Positions 10,199-19,658 are shown, counted from the first letter of the stretch. The stretch: 36,860 nucleotides of DNA from Deltaproteobacteria bacterium (GCA_016218805.1 JACRCW010000091.1:1-36860); one strand, 5' to 3'. Program-made: numbers and translations. Notes: generated by a model from the sequence alone, not told the origin.

Positions 10199-10214
10199 CG
10201 CACTCCGCGTGCCA
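10199..10214 (-). promoter_or_regulatory. Candidate sigma54 promoter of hemerythrin/REC-EAL operon
   Basis: Minus strand TGGCACGCGGAGTGCG: perfect -24 box TGGCACG, GG-N10-GC. Confidence 0.7.
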
Positions 10215-10340
10215 TGCCATTTCGCCCCGGTCGCGGCGCCGGTGCCCGCCCCACGTCCACGCCCCTGTTCATGACGCTGCGCTCCCCGGGGCGCGAGCCC
10301 GGCACGCTTTCCACTGCAAACATTCCGTGGCGGCATGAGG

Positions 10341-10382
10341 TGTCGCACCGTCGGGCCGGACAGGTGTCTCACCGCCGCGACA
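10341..10382. promoter_or_regulatory. Tandem candidate EBP binding sites between divergent sigma54 promoters
   Basis: TGTCGCA-CCGT-CGGGCCG (10341, weak) and TGTCTCA-CCGC-CGCGACA (10365-10382); direct repeat AGGTGTC(G/T)CACCG. Confidence 0.55.
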
Positions 10383-10420
10383 GTGGGTTCCGCGGGGGCG
10401 CCTGGACGGTCTCATGGACG

Positions 10421-10436
10421 AGGCACGCAAGCTGCA
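10421..10436 (+). promoter_or_regulatory. Candidate sigma54 promoter of Roadblock/ODP operon
   Basis: AGGCACGCAAGCTGCA, GG-N10-GC, near-consensus. Confidence 0.7.
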
Positions 10437-10531
10437 CAGGCCCGCGCTTTGACCACACCGGACCGCGGCGAGGCGTCGGAGTTGCGGCGCAGGGGACGCC
10501 TGACGGGCAATCACCAACGGGGAGTTGTCCA

Positions 10532-10900
10532 ATGACGAGGACCGAAACGCTCAACAAGGTGCTGGCGAACCTCCAGTCCAGCGCGGCGGACATCGAGGCC
10601 GCCGCCGTCGTCTCACCCGACGGCCTGATTATCGCCCATTCCCTGCCGCAGGGTCTGGAGGAGACGCAGATTGCCGCCATGAGCGCAGCGCTGTTGTCCA
10701 TGGGCGTGCGGACCGCCCGTGAGCTGCGCCGCGGTCAACTGGAGCAGTTGTTCGTCAAGGGAACTGAGGGATTCATCGTGATCATGCAGGCGGGGCCCCA
10801 CGCGGTCCTCCTCACGCTCGCACGCCGGGACGCCAAGCTCGGGTTGATCTTCCTCGACGTGTCGCGGGCGGCGGAAGAGATCAAGAAGACACTGGCGTGA
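10532..10900 (+). CDS. Roadblock/LC7 (MglB-like) protein
   Basis: IEAAAVVSPDGLIIA, IAAMSAALLSMG...ELRRGQLEQLFVKG, AKLGLIFLDV; GGAG RBS before ATG 10532. Confidence 0.93.
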   Translation: MTRTETLNKVLANLQSSAADIEAAAVVSPDGLIIAHSLPQGLEETQIAAMSAALLSMGVRTARELRRGQLEQLFVKGTEGFIVIMQAGPHAVLLTLARRDAKLGLIFLDVSRAAEEIKKTLA

Positions 10901-10927
10901 TGCCGGCCCACAAAAGGAGACCCCAGG

Positions 10928-11677
10928 ATGATCACGCTCTTTGAGGCACCCCATCACCGCAACGTGATGTTCCATGACATGTCCAGCGGCCAGATGGTCC
11001 AGGCCAACCAGCACGTCATTGTTGACCACGGTGAGTCCATGCTGCTGGACCCGGGCGGTCACAAGGTCTACTCGCGCCTCTTTGGCGAGATGTCCAAGGC
11101 GGCCCCCCCGGCGGGCCTGAAACACCTGTTCTTCTCCCACCAGGACCCGGACATCGTGGCGGCCGCCAACGGCTGGTTCATGGTGACGGAAGCCCGCGGC
11201 TACATCTCTGAGTTGTGGACGCGCTTCGTGCCGCACTTTGGCCTGGATGATCTGGTGGCCGCGCGCCTGCAGGCCATCCCGGACCCGGGCATGACGCTCA
11301 AGGTGGGCCAGTGCGAGTTGCTGATCCTACCCGCCCATTTCCTGCATTCCTCCGGCAACTTCCACGTCTATGACCCCGTCGCCAAGACCCTCTATTCGGG
11401 TGATTTGGGCACGTCCATTGGGCAGGATTACACGGAGGTGGGCAACTTTGATGAGCACGTGCGCTTCATGGAGGGCTTTCACCGCCGCTACATGCCCACG
11501 TCCAAGGCGCTGAAGCGGTGGGTGACCATGGCCCGGAAGCTGGACATTGAGATTCTGGCGCCGCAGCACGGCGCGGTGTTCAAGGGCAAGGAGCGCGTGA
11601 ACCGCTTCCTGGAGTGGGCTGACAACCTGCCCTGCGGGCTGGACCTCATGCCCGACGACGTCGCGCTTCCCCGCTGA
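10928..11677 (+). CDS. ODP-type oxygen-binding di-iron protein (metallo-beta-lactamase fold)
   Basis: VQANQHVI, LLDPGG, FSHQDPD, LWTRFVPH, PAHFLHSSGNF, SGDLG, FHRRYM, APQHG; 249 aa with no flavodoxin domain. Confidence 0.88.
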   Translation: MITLFEAPHHRNVMFHDMSSGQMVQANQHVIVDHGESMLLDPGGHKVYSRLFGEMSKAAPPAGLKHLFFSHQDPDIVAAANGWFMVTEARGYISELWTRFVPHFGLDDLVAARLQAIPDPGMTLKVGQCELLILPAHFLHSSGNFHVYDPVAKTLYSGDLGTSIGQDYTEVGNFDEHVRFMEGFHRRYMPTSKALKRWVTMARKLDIEILAPQHGAVFKGKERVNRFLEWADNLPCGLDLMPDDVALPR

Positions 11678-11693
11678 CGCGCCGGAGCCCGCC

Positions 11694-14600
11694 GTGGAAC
11701 CCACCGAACGAAAGGCCACGCTGTTCTCGGACCTGGTCCGGGCGCTGTCGCTGGCCATGGACCTGGACGGTGGACACAAGCTGTATCACGCCTGGCGCGT
11801 GGGCGTGCTGAGCGAACGGGTGGCGCGGCACCTCGACGGTGCGGAGCCGGAAACGGCGTTTTTGGCCGGCGTCCTGCACGACATTGGCGCAGCGGGAATG
11901 GCGGACCACGTGGTCCACGTGCTGCCGCGCGGCCCCGCGTCCGACGCTGTTCGCCAGCACCCGGCGGTGGGCGCGGCGGTGTTGGCACCGTTCCGGCTCC
12001 TCCGCCCGGTGGCGGACATCGTGGCGGATCACCACGAGAACACCGACGGCTCGGGTTATCCGCACGGCAAGTGCGGTCCGGAGATTGCCGCGGCCGCGTC
12101 GGTGGTGTCGCTCGCTGACACGCTGGAGATTGGGATGCGGGGACAGACCGGAGAGCGCCGGGCCACCACCGCGTGGCGGATTCTCCGCGGCGGCCGGGGC
12201 ACCCGCTGGCCAGCTCACGTTGTGGACGCGGCGTACGGCGCCCTGCACGGCGAGCCGGATCTGTTGGCCGGTCTCTACGAAGAGGAGACGTTGACGCGGT
12301 GGGCGCACGAGGTGCGGTGCGCGCCAGCCGGCCTGGCCGAGTGCACGGAGCACGAGATGTTGTGCCAGTTGTTGTGGCTGTTCGTGCGGCTGTTGGAAGC
12401 AAAACACCCCGCCACCCTGGGCCACTCCGTGCGCACCGCGTTCTACGCGCAGCGCATTGCGCGGGCCGCCGCCCTCACGGAAACGCAACTGTGGGACGTG
12501 TTGTGGGCATCACTGCTGCATGATGTGGGAAAGCTGGGTGTGCGCCGGGAGTTGCTGGAGCGGCAGGCCCCCCTGTCCGCGGACGAGTGGAACGCGGTGA
12601 AGAAGCACGCGGCAGATTCCATGGAAATCATCGGGACCATTGGCGAGCTGGGGCACCTGGCCTACCCGGCCGCGTCACATCACGAGCGCTACGACGGCAC
12701 CGGCTACCCGCTGGGCCTCAAGGGTGACGCCATCCCGCTGCTCGGGCGGATACTTGCGTACGCCGACACGTTTGACGCCATGACGAGCCGGCACGTGCAC
12801 CGGGACCGCATGCCGGCCCGTGAGGCCATCCAGCACATGCACCGTCTGATTGGCGGGCAGTTGGACCCGCACCTGGCCGAGGTGGCCATGGCGGAACTGG
12901 AGCAGTGCAGCGCCGACGAGAGCGCGTTGGCGACCGAACTGGCGGACTTCCGCGCGGTGTTTGAGTCTGACCAGCCAGACCTGGACCGGCTGGTGGGCGT
13001 GAGCGGCGCGCGAACCAGCTACGTCCAGTCCCGCGCGCGCGGGATGATCCTCACGGACGTGGAACCGTTCCACCGCGTGACGGTGAACGCGGCACTGGAG
13101 ATCCTGGACGGACGCGAACACGTCGCATCCGTTGCCGGCGCATCATCCGCCGCGCTGTTCCACCAGTACTTCGACGCGCACGAACACAACGCCATCCGCG
13201 GATATGCGGCGGGGCTGGCTCACGGCCAGGTGACCACGCGCCTGCTGATGACGGCGGACGGTGGAACAGCGGAGTGCGTCTTTGAGCGTGAATCCGCCAC
13301 CGGCACCCTGCGCGTGCTCATTCGCAACGCCTCTCACCGCCTGCGGACGCTCAAGCACCTCTCATTGTTCCACCGCAGCTTCCTGACCAGCGCGGAAGGC
13401 GTGTTCATCGTTGATGACGCGTTGTGCATCGTGGACGCCAACCAGTGCCTGCTGGACATGCTGGGGTACACGCTGGAGGAACTGCGCGGCCAGCCTGCCG
13501 CCGTGCTGTCCCCGCTGCGCCAGCCTCCCGGTCTCACGCTGTTCTCCGGCGCGCGCCGGCGGGCCGTCCCGGGCGCGTGGTCAGGTGATCTGGCGCTGGA
13601 GCGCAAGGATGGACGGGAGATTCCGGTGCATTTCAGCCTGTCCACCGTACGGGACGCGTTTGGGCAATCCGCGGGATTCATCGCGCGGGCCACGGACATC
13701 ACGGAGCGCAAGCGGCTGGAGTTGGAACTGGCGGAAAAGAACCGGCGCCTTGAAGAGCTCAGCCGCTTCAAGAGTGACATCGTCGCCATTGCGTCACATG
13801 ACCTCAAGACGCCGCTGGCGGCCATCCTGGCCTGGACGGAACTGCTGGCTGACGACCTGGCCGCGCAGGGACGCCCGGATGCGGCGCGGAACATTGGCCA
13901 CATCCTGGAGGCGGGTCACAAGATGAGCATGCTCATCCGTGATCTGCTGGATTTGGCCAGGATCGAATCAGGCACGTTGACCATCCACGGCCGCGCGGCG
14001 CTGCTGGAGACCATCATTGAAGACTGCATCTCCATCCACGCGCCCGGCGCGGTGGAACGCGGCATCCAGCTGAAGTTCCGCAATGACGCACCCCGGGTCC
14101 GCGTCAACGTGGATGATGCGCGGCTGGAGCAGGTGCTCAACAACCTGCTTTCCAACGCGGTCAAGTACTCACCGCGCGGGAGTTGTGTGGAGATCATGGC
14201 GGCGCACGCCGCGGGCGGCGCGGTCAGCGTGGCCGTGTTGGACGGCGGGCCCGGTATCCCGGAGGGTGAGCTTGAACGCATCTTTGAACGCTACGCGCAG
14301 GGTGCGCCGCCGCTGGAGCACCGCGGAGCTGTCGGAGCCAGCGTCGGAATGGGGCTCCACATCGCCCGCAGCATCGTTCAACTGCACGGCGGGTCGCTGC
14401 TGGCGGACAACCGCCCGGGCGGTGGCTCGTGCTTCACGCTGACCCTGCCGCCGGAGCGCGTCCTATCCGGCGCGGCCGTGGCTACCGCGGTCCTGGCCAC
14501 GTCGGACGACCGTGCCCTGGCGCAATTCTCGGAGATTCTTGCACGCCAGCACATCAGTGCAGTGGTGGCCTCCCATCCCGGCCAGTTGCCGGCACTCGTG

Positions 14601-14849
14601 GACGGCGGCTCGCCGCGGCTGTGCGTGGTGGATCTCCGCCAGGCGGATAACCCGCCGCCCGCGTGGGATGAGCTCGTGCGTGCCGTGGATCGGCGCGGGC
14701 CCACGCGCCCGCTGCTGGTGGCCCTGGGCCACGCGGCATCTGCGTCCGTGGACGCGGTCCCGTGGGATCGCGTGCTGGAGCCCCCGCTGCTGGACGTAGA
14801 GATTCTGGAGCTTCTACGCGACTGTCACATCGCCGCGGAGCGCGGATGA
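11694..14849 (+). CDS. Tandem HD-GYP + PAS + histidine kinase + pseudo-receiver fusion protein
   Basis: HD-GYP 1 (HAWRV, LHDIG, HHENTDGSGYP); HD-GYP 2 (HSVR, LHDVGK, HHERYDGTGYP, ADTFDAMTS); PAS (DANQCLLDMLGYTLEELRG...RKDG...DITERK); HisKA SHDLKTPL; NLLSNAVKYS, DGGPGI, GMGLHI; C-terminal REC-like fold. Confidence 0.92.
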   Translation: MEPTERKATLFSDLVRALSLAMDLDGGHKLYHAWRVGVLSERVARHLDGAEPETAFLAGVLHDIGAAGMADHVVHVLPRGPASDAVRQHPAVGAAVLAPFRLLRPVADIVADHHENTDGSGYPHGKCGPEIAAAASVVSLADTLEIGMRGQTGERRATTAWRILRGGRGTRWPAHVVDAAYGALHGEPDLLAGLYEEETLTRWAHEVRCAPAGLAECTEHEMLCQLLWLFVRLLEAKHPATLGHSVRTAFYAQRIARAAALTETQLWDVLWASLLHDVGKLGVRRELLERQAPLSADEWNAVKKHAADSMEIIGTIGELGHLAYPAASHHERYDGTGYPLGLKGDAIPLLGRILAYADTFDAMTSRHVHRDRMPAREAIQHMHRLIGGQLDPHLAEVAMAELEQCSADESALATELADFRAVFESDQPDLDRLVGVSGARTSYVQSRARGMILTDVEPFHRVTVNAALEILDGREHVASVAGASSAALFHQYFDAHEHNAIRGYAAGLAHGQVTTRLLMTADGGTAECVFERESATGTLRVLIRNASHRLRTLKHLSLFHRSFLTSAEGVFIVDDALCIVDANQCLLDMLGYTLEELRGQPAAVLSPLRQPPGLTLFSGARRRAVPGAWSGDLALERKDGREIPVHFSLSTVRDAFGQSAGFIARATDITERKRLELELAEKNRRLEELSRFKSDIVAIASHDLKTPLAAILAWTELLADDLAAQGRPDAARNIGHILEAGHKMSMLIRDLLDLARIESGTLTIHGRAALLETIIEDCISIHAPGAVERGIQLKFRNDAPRVRVNVDDARLEQVLNNLLSNAVKYSPRGSCVEIMAAHAAGGAVSVAVLDGGPGIPEGELERIFERYAQGAPPLEHRGAVGASVGMGLHIARSIVQLHGGSLLADNRPGGGSCFTLTLPPERVLSGAAVATAVLATSDDRALAQFSEILARQHISAVVASHPGQLPALVDGGSPRLCVVDLRQADNPPPAWDELVRAVDRRGPTRPLLVALGHAASASVDAVPWDRVLEPPLLDVEILELLRDCHIAAERG

Positions 14850-15748
14850 CAAACGCCGACGGGGGACGCGTGCTGATCGTGGACGATGACCCGTCCACGC
14901 ACGCTGCATTGGCCACCTACCTGCGGCATGCGGGTCTGGACGTCTGTGATGCGTTCTCCGGCGAGGAGGCACTGGAGGTGATTGTGGCCCAACGTCCGCA
15001 CCTGGTGCTGCTGGACGTGCAGATGCCAGGCGTGGACGGATTTGAAACGCTCCGCCGCTTCAAGGCGATGCCCGGCATCCGGGATATCCCGGTGTTGATG
15101 GTGACCAGCATGGACCGCCAGCACCTCAAGGTGCGCGGGCTGGAACTCGGCGCGGAAGACTACGTGCTCAAACCGTTTGATCGCGCGGAATTGCTCGCCC
15201 GCATCCGTGCCGTGCTCCGCCGCGCGCGCCGGTCGTTCTCGTCGGACGCGTTCATGGCCGGCCGGCTGGAGGAAATCGGCATCCTGGAAGTGCTGCAGAC
15301 GCTGGATGGCACCGGGCGTGCAGCCCGGGTGACCGTGCCCGCGTTGGAAGCCGTCATTGAGCTGCAGAAGGGCACGCTGGTGCGCGTCACCCTGGGACGC
15401 TGGACCGGACAGGCCGCGCTGGAACGCCTCCTGCTGCTCCAGCAGGGGTCGTTCTCCGTTACCCCCGCCGACAACCAGGCGGCCCCCGGTGACGCCCGCC
15501 TCATGCCGGCGCTGCTGGCGGCGGCCACGGTGGTGGACGAGGCCCGCGACCTGCTTGCCGCGCCGCTGCGGGACAACCCGCGCGTTCAGCGGCCCCACGC
15601 GGGCGCGGCAGATACCCGCGCACCCGCGCGGGTGTTCCGGCTGCTGGCGGAGATGGACGGTGACCTGCGGGATTGCGCCCGCTCAATCAACGCGGAATTC
15701 GAAAGCGGGCAGTTGCTGCCGCTCGACGACAGAACCGCCGGCCCGTGA
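14846..15748 (+). CDS. Response regulator REC + DUF4388 (PatA-N-like)
   Basis: Canonical REC, then FMAGRLEEIGILEVLQTL...GQAALERLLLLQQGSFSV typical of DUF4388; ATGA overlap with upstream gene. Confidence 0.88.
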   Translation: MTNADGGRVLIVDDDPSTHAALATYLRHAGLDVCDAFSGEEALEVIVAQRPHLVLLDVQMPGVDGFETLRRFKAMPGIRDIPVLMVTSMDRQHLKVRGLELGAEDYVLKPFDRAELLARIRAVLRRARRSFSSDAFMAGRLEEIGILEVLQTLDGTGRAARVTVPALEAVIELQKGTLVRVTLGRWTGQAALERLLLLQQGSFSVTPADNQAAPGDARLMPALLAAATVVDEARDLLAAPLRDNPRVQRPHAGAADTRAPARVFRLLAEMDGDLRDCARSINAEFESGQLLPLDDRTAGP

Positions 15749-15770
15749 ATTGCGGCAATTGGAGGTGAGC

Positions 15771-16577
15771 ATGGGAAGGATCATCACGGTGGCGAGCCAC
15801 AAGGGTGGCGTGGGCAAGACCACCACGACGCTCAACCTGGGCTTCAGCCTGGCGCGGGCCGGAGGCCGCACGCTCGTCGTGGACGCGGACCCGCAGGGAG
15901 GGCTGGGCGCTGCGTCCAACGTCCGGTCGCGCACGCCGTTGGGGGTGACGGACGTGCTGGCGGGCCGCGCATCACTTGAGGATGCCATTGCCCGCAGCCG
16001 TTCCGGGAACCTGTCGGTGATTGGAATGGGTGCGGCCACGGCGGAGGATGTGCGCTGCGTGGAGGACGCCGCGGCGGATGGCCGGTTGGCGGACCTGTTG
16101 CGCTCCCTGGCGCCGGCCTGGGACCACGTGCTGGTGGACGCGCCCGCTGGCGTGGGCGGCCTGGTGCGCGCCTTGCTGGACGGGAGTGACGGCGTCCTGC
16201 TGGTGCTGCATTGCCGGCCCATTGCCGTCCGCACGCTGCCTGCGTTCCTGCGGCTGCTGAAGGACCAGGCGCAGGCCGGGGACGCGCCCCGCCTGGAGGG
16301 TGTGCTGGTCACCATGATGAACCACGCCAGTGCCGTGGACGTGGGCCTCCTGCAGGAGCTGCGCGCGCGCCTGCCGGCGGGCACGTTGTTCCACACCGTG
16401 GTCCCGCAAGACCCGCGTTTTGAATCCGCCAGTGCCCAGGCCATTCCCGTGGCGCTCTCCGCCGAGGCGGCGTCGCTGGCGCGCTACTACCTGGAACTGG
16501 CGATTGAGCTGGAACAGCGCAACCGGCAGGCCGCCGGTGGAGTGGATGATGACGCAGCGTCTGCCTCCCTTTTCTGA
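15771..16577 (+). CDS. ParA/MinD/Soj-family ATPase (orphan, no parB)
   Basis: Deviant Walker A SHKGGVGKTT, VVDADPQG, VLVDAPAG; GGAGG RBS. Confidence 0.93.
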   Translation: MGRIITVASHKGGVGKTTTTLNLGFSLARAGGRTLVVDADPQGGLGAASNVRSRTPLGVTDVLAGRASLEDAIARSRSGNLSVIGMGAATAEDVRCVEDAAADGRLADLLRSLAPAWDHVLVDAPAGVGGLVRALLDGSDGVLLVLHCRPIAVRTLPAFLRLLKDQAQAGDAPRLEGVLVTMMNHASAVDVGLLQELRARLPAGTLFHTVVPQDPRFESASAQAIPVALSAEAASLARYYLELAIELEQRNRQAAGGVDDDAASASLF

Positions 16578-17121
16578 GATTGACGAGGCTGCGAGCCTGG
16601 CGCGGGAAATCGCGGTGCTTGGCGTTTCTACGCGGAGGACCAGCCGGCCCCCGCCGGCGTCCGCGCGTGCCCGCGCCGTCCCGCCGCCCGCCCCGGACCG
16701 GCTGCCGCCGTTGCCGCCCCGTCCCGCGGCCACGGGTAGCTACCGGTCGGACCGGCTCGGCTCGCTGCTGGCGGGGATGTGCCACCGCGGAGGGTTTGCC
16801 GCCGCGCTGCTGGCGGACCGGGGCGGACTTGCCCTGGTGGGTCACAACAGCGCCCCCAACGCGGACCGCGCCGCGGCGTTTGCTTCCATCGTCGGCGAGG
16901 CCATCACGCGCGCCGAGACATTGCTCAGCGTCCCGCAGGCCAACAACCTGGCGCTGGACATCAACCTCCAACAGAAGATTGTCATTCACCGCTTTCCTGC
17001 CGCCGGGGAGGAGTTCCTCCTCATGGTCACGTGTGACCAGGACGTTGACGTGCGCGCTGAGACCGAGGCCACGGTGGAGCACCTGGCCCGCGAGCTGGCG
17101 CCCGCACTGGAGGCCGGATGA
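16546..17121 (+). CDS. Pro-rich linker + Roadblock/profilin-like domain protein
   Basis: C-terminal GFAAALLADRGGLALVG...RAAAFASIVGEA...KIVIHRF...FLLMVTC pattern resembles Roadblock/LC7; overlaps both neighbours. Confidence 0.7.
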   Translation: MMTQRLPPFSEIDEAASLAREIAVLGVSTRRTSRPPPASARARAVPPPAPDRLPPLPPRPAATGSYRSDRLGSLLAGMCHRGGFAAALLADRGGLALVGHNSAPNADRAAAFASIVGEAITRAETLLSVPQANNLALDINLQQKIVIHRFPAAGEEFLLMVTCDQDVDVRAETEATVEHLARELAPALEAG

Positions 17122-18224
17122 TCCTCGTTGTTGATGACGACGCCGCGATGACGGCGTTTGTGCGGACCACGCTGGAGAGCGACGGCCGTGCGGTCCGGAC
17201 CTGCCATGCCGTGCCCGAGGCGATGGAATGGTTGGAAGGCGCCGAGCCGGACCTCATCATTTCCGACGTGGTGATGGGCACGCTGGGCGGGTTTGAGTTC
17301 CGCCGGCTGCACCAGGATCGCTTTCCCACCCGGCTCACGCCGTTCCTGTTCCTCTCCTCACTGTCGGACACGGAGAAGATTGTGGAGGGCCTGGAACTGG
17401 GCGCGGATGATTTCCTGGTGAAGCCCGTGGCCCCGCAACTGCTGCGGGCCAAGGTGCGTGCCCACCTGCGGCAGAAGTCGCGCTATGCCGCGGCAACGTT
17501 CCAGGGTGACGTGGCCAGTTTTCCCTTCATCAAGGTGCTGCAGTTCTGCGAAACCAAGTTCCTCAACGGCGACGTCACGGTGGACGCCCCCGGACTCAGC
17601 GTGCGGCTGGGGTTTGCGGCCGGCCAGGTGCTGCAGGACGGCGGTTCCAGTGACACGGTCCTGGAAAAGCTGCTGGACCTGCGCGAAGGCCGGTTCACCG
17701 TCCGTTCCGCGCCCGTGGATTTCTCCGAGATTGCCGCGGCCAGCCCGGCACGCGCACCGGCCGCGCCGTCACCCGCCGCTTCCAGCTCCGTGATGGGCTG
17801 CCTGTCCGGGGTTCGCGTCGGCAAGCGCCTGTTCCAGGTGCAGTCGGAGTTCTTGGCCCACCCCGACCCGGTGGCCGTGTCCGTGGTGATCCTTGATGGG
17901 CGCACGCTGCTCAAGCGCGTGAGCGACCCGCTACCCGGGCGCACGCGCGAGGAGTGGCAGCGCGCGGTCCAGGAACAGCACCGCCGCGTGGAAGCGGAGG
18001 TGGGTGAGCGCGTGCAGGCAGCGGCGGACAAGGGCACCGCCGCCTCCACGCCGGTGCGGGATGCCCACGTCTGGATCGAGGAGGGACTCGGGCGCTACCT
18101 GGCGCTGGACTACGTGGGAGCGCTGGCCGCGTGGGAGGAGGCGGCGCGCCTGGACCCGGGCAACAAGGGCCTGGAGGTGAATCTGCGCATTGTCCGGAAG
18201 AAGCTCACGGACGCAGCGCCATGA
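17118..18224 (+). CDS. Response regulator REC + DUF4388 + unknown domain + C-terminal TPR
   Basis: REC intact; FQGDVASFPFIKVLQFCE...LLDLREGRFTV (DUF4388); FQVQSE-containing small domain; EEGLGRYLALDYVGALAAWEEAARLDPGN TPR. Confidence 0.87.
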   Translation: MILVVDDDAAMTAFVRTTLESDGRAVRTCHAVPEAMEWLEGAEPDLIISDVVMGTLGGFEFRRLHQDRFPTRLTPFLFLSSLSDTEKIVEGLELGADDFLVKPVAPQLLRAKVRAHLRQKSRYAAATFQGDVASFPFIKVLQFCETKFLNGDVTVDAPGLSVRLGFAAGQVLQDGGSSDTVLEKLLDLREGRFTVRSAPVDFSEIAAASPARAPAAPSPAASSSVMGCLSGVRVGKRLFQVQSEFLAHPDPVAVSVVILDGRTLLKRVSDPLPGRTREEWQRAVQEQHRRVEAEVGERVQAAADKGTAASTPVRDAHVWIEEGLGRYLALDYVGALAAWEEAARLDPGNKGLEVNLRIVRKKLTDAAP

Positions 18225-18248
18225 GCCGGATGCGGGCTTGATCAGGTA

Positions 18249-19658
18249 ATGCCCGCCGTGCACCGCCACCTCCCGACCCCTGTTGCCGGTTTGGCCGGCG
18301 TCCGCGTGCTCCTGCTGGAGCGCGATGACTCCCGCCGCGCTGCGGTGCGTGACGCCCTGCAGTCCTGCGGTGCGGTGGTGGGTGACGTTCCCGCCAGCTG
18401 CGCCGCGCCGGAGCGGCACGGGGTCCGCGGCGGGTTTGACGTGGCGCTCTGGGACGGCACGCTCACGGGCCGGTGGAACCTGGATGACCTCCAGCGGTTC
18501 CACGCCGCCCAGCCGGAGATTGCCGTGGTTGTCACCACGGCCCGGGATTCCGCGGCATTTGCTGTGACCGCGCTGCGCCGCGGCGCGCACCATGTGGTGG
18601 TGCGCCCCGCGCGCTTGGAGGAATTGCTGCGCATTGTGGCGGACGTGGCGCTGGCCACGCGCGTCCCCCTTCCCGCTCCTGCCGCCGTGGAGGGCGGCTG
18701 TGTGGTGGCCGGCGCGGCCATGCGGGAGGTGATGGACACACTGCGCCGGGTGGCGGACTCCGCCGCGCCCGTGCTCCTCCTCGGTGAGACCGGGGTCGGC
18801 AAGGACGTTGTGGCGCGCCTGTTGCACGCGCGCAGCGCACGGGCGGCGGGTCCGTTTGTCGCCGTGAACTGCGCTGCGCTCCCCGTGGCGCTTGCCGAAT
18901 CCGAGTTGTTTGGCCACGAGCGCGGGGCGTTCACCGGCGCCACCGCGGACCGGCCGGGCCGTTTTGCGGAGGCGGATGGCGGAACGCTGCTGTTGGACGA
19001 GGTGGGAGAGCTGCACGTGCGGCTGCAGGCCAAGCTGTTGCGCGTTCTGCAGGACGGAACGCTGCCACGCGTTGGCGGTCCTACGCATCGCGCGGACGTG
19101 CGGGTGGTGGCGTCCACCCACCGCGACCTCCGCGCCGACATGCGCCATGGCCGCTTCCGCTCCGACCTGTTCCATCGCCTGAATGTCCTGGCCATCCGCC
19201 TTCCGCCGCTGCGTGAACGCGTGGATGAGATCCCGGCGCTGGCCACCCACCTGCTCCACCGCCTGGCCGTGCAAGAGCAGTGCGTGCCGCGGCCGCTGCT
19301 GCCAAATGCCATCCGCGCCCTGCAGGAACATGCGTGGCCCGGCAACGTGCGCGAGTTGGAGAACCTGCTGCGCCGCACCCTCCTCACGCGGCCGGGCTCC
19401 GTGATCTCCGCGGCTCACCTCGCGTGGCCCGAGCCCGGACCGCTGCCCGCGGTCACCGCCGCACCCCTCGCCACGCCTGCCGGCCCGGCACCGGCGCGGG
19501 GCACCACCATGCGTTCCGCCGCCATGGAGCGCGAGGCCACCACCATGCTCCGCGCGCTGGAGGTGTACGGCGGCAACGTCCGGGAGGCCGCGCGCTCGCT
19601 CGGGATTTCGCGCGCCACCTACTACCGGAAGGCCCGCCGGCTGGGGCTCCGCCTGTGA
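18249..19658 (+). CDS. Sigma54-dependent enhancer-binding protein with degenerate receiver
   Basis: GETGVGKD, ESELFGHERGAFTGA, LLLDEVGE, WPGNVREL, Fis-type HTH GISRATYYRK. Receiver atypical (LLERDD; RP in place of KP). Confidence 0.93.
   Translation: MPAVHRHLPTPVAGLAGVRVLLLERDDSRRAAVRDALQSCGAVVGDVPASCAAPERHGVRGGFDVALWDGTLTGRWNLDDLQRFHAAQPEIAVVVTTARDSAAFAVTALRRGAHHVVVRPARLEELLRIVADVALATRVPLPAPAAVEGGCVVAGAAMREVMDTLRRVADSAAPVLLLGETGVGKDVVARLLHARSARAAGPFVAVNCAALPVALAESELFGHERGAFTGATADRPGRFAEADGGTLLLDEVGELHVRLQAKLLRVLQDGTLPRVGGPTHRADVRVVASTHRDLRADMRHGRFRSDLFHRLNVLAIRLPPLRERVDEIPALATHLLHRLAVQEQCVPRPLLPNAIRALQEHAWPGNVRELENLLRRTLLTRPGSVISAAHLAWPEPGPLPAVTAAPLATPAGPAPARGTTMRSAAMEREATTMLRALEVYGGNVREAARSLGISRATYYRKARRLGLRL

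Noticed and set aside
10471..10486. Second GG-N10-GC element AGGCGTCGGAGTTGCG before the Roadblock gene
   Set aside because: Weaker -24 box than 10421; cannot be excluded but not reported as a feature.
9794..10531. Long N-terminal extensions given by the ORF track (e.g. 9794, 10323, 15357, 24446, 30447, 30316)
   Set aside because: They overlap other genes or promoter elements; downstream starts with an RBS or domain boundary fit better.
10928..11677. Calling the MBL-fold gene a beta-lactamase or flavodiiron FprA
   Set aside because: HQDPD and HFLH motifs and the absence of a flavodoxin domain or signal peptide fit ODP better.
15771..16577. Chromosome/plasmid partition locus
   Set aside because: No parB, no recognisable parS and no replication gene; it is embedded in a signalling operon.
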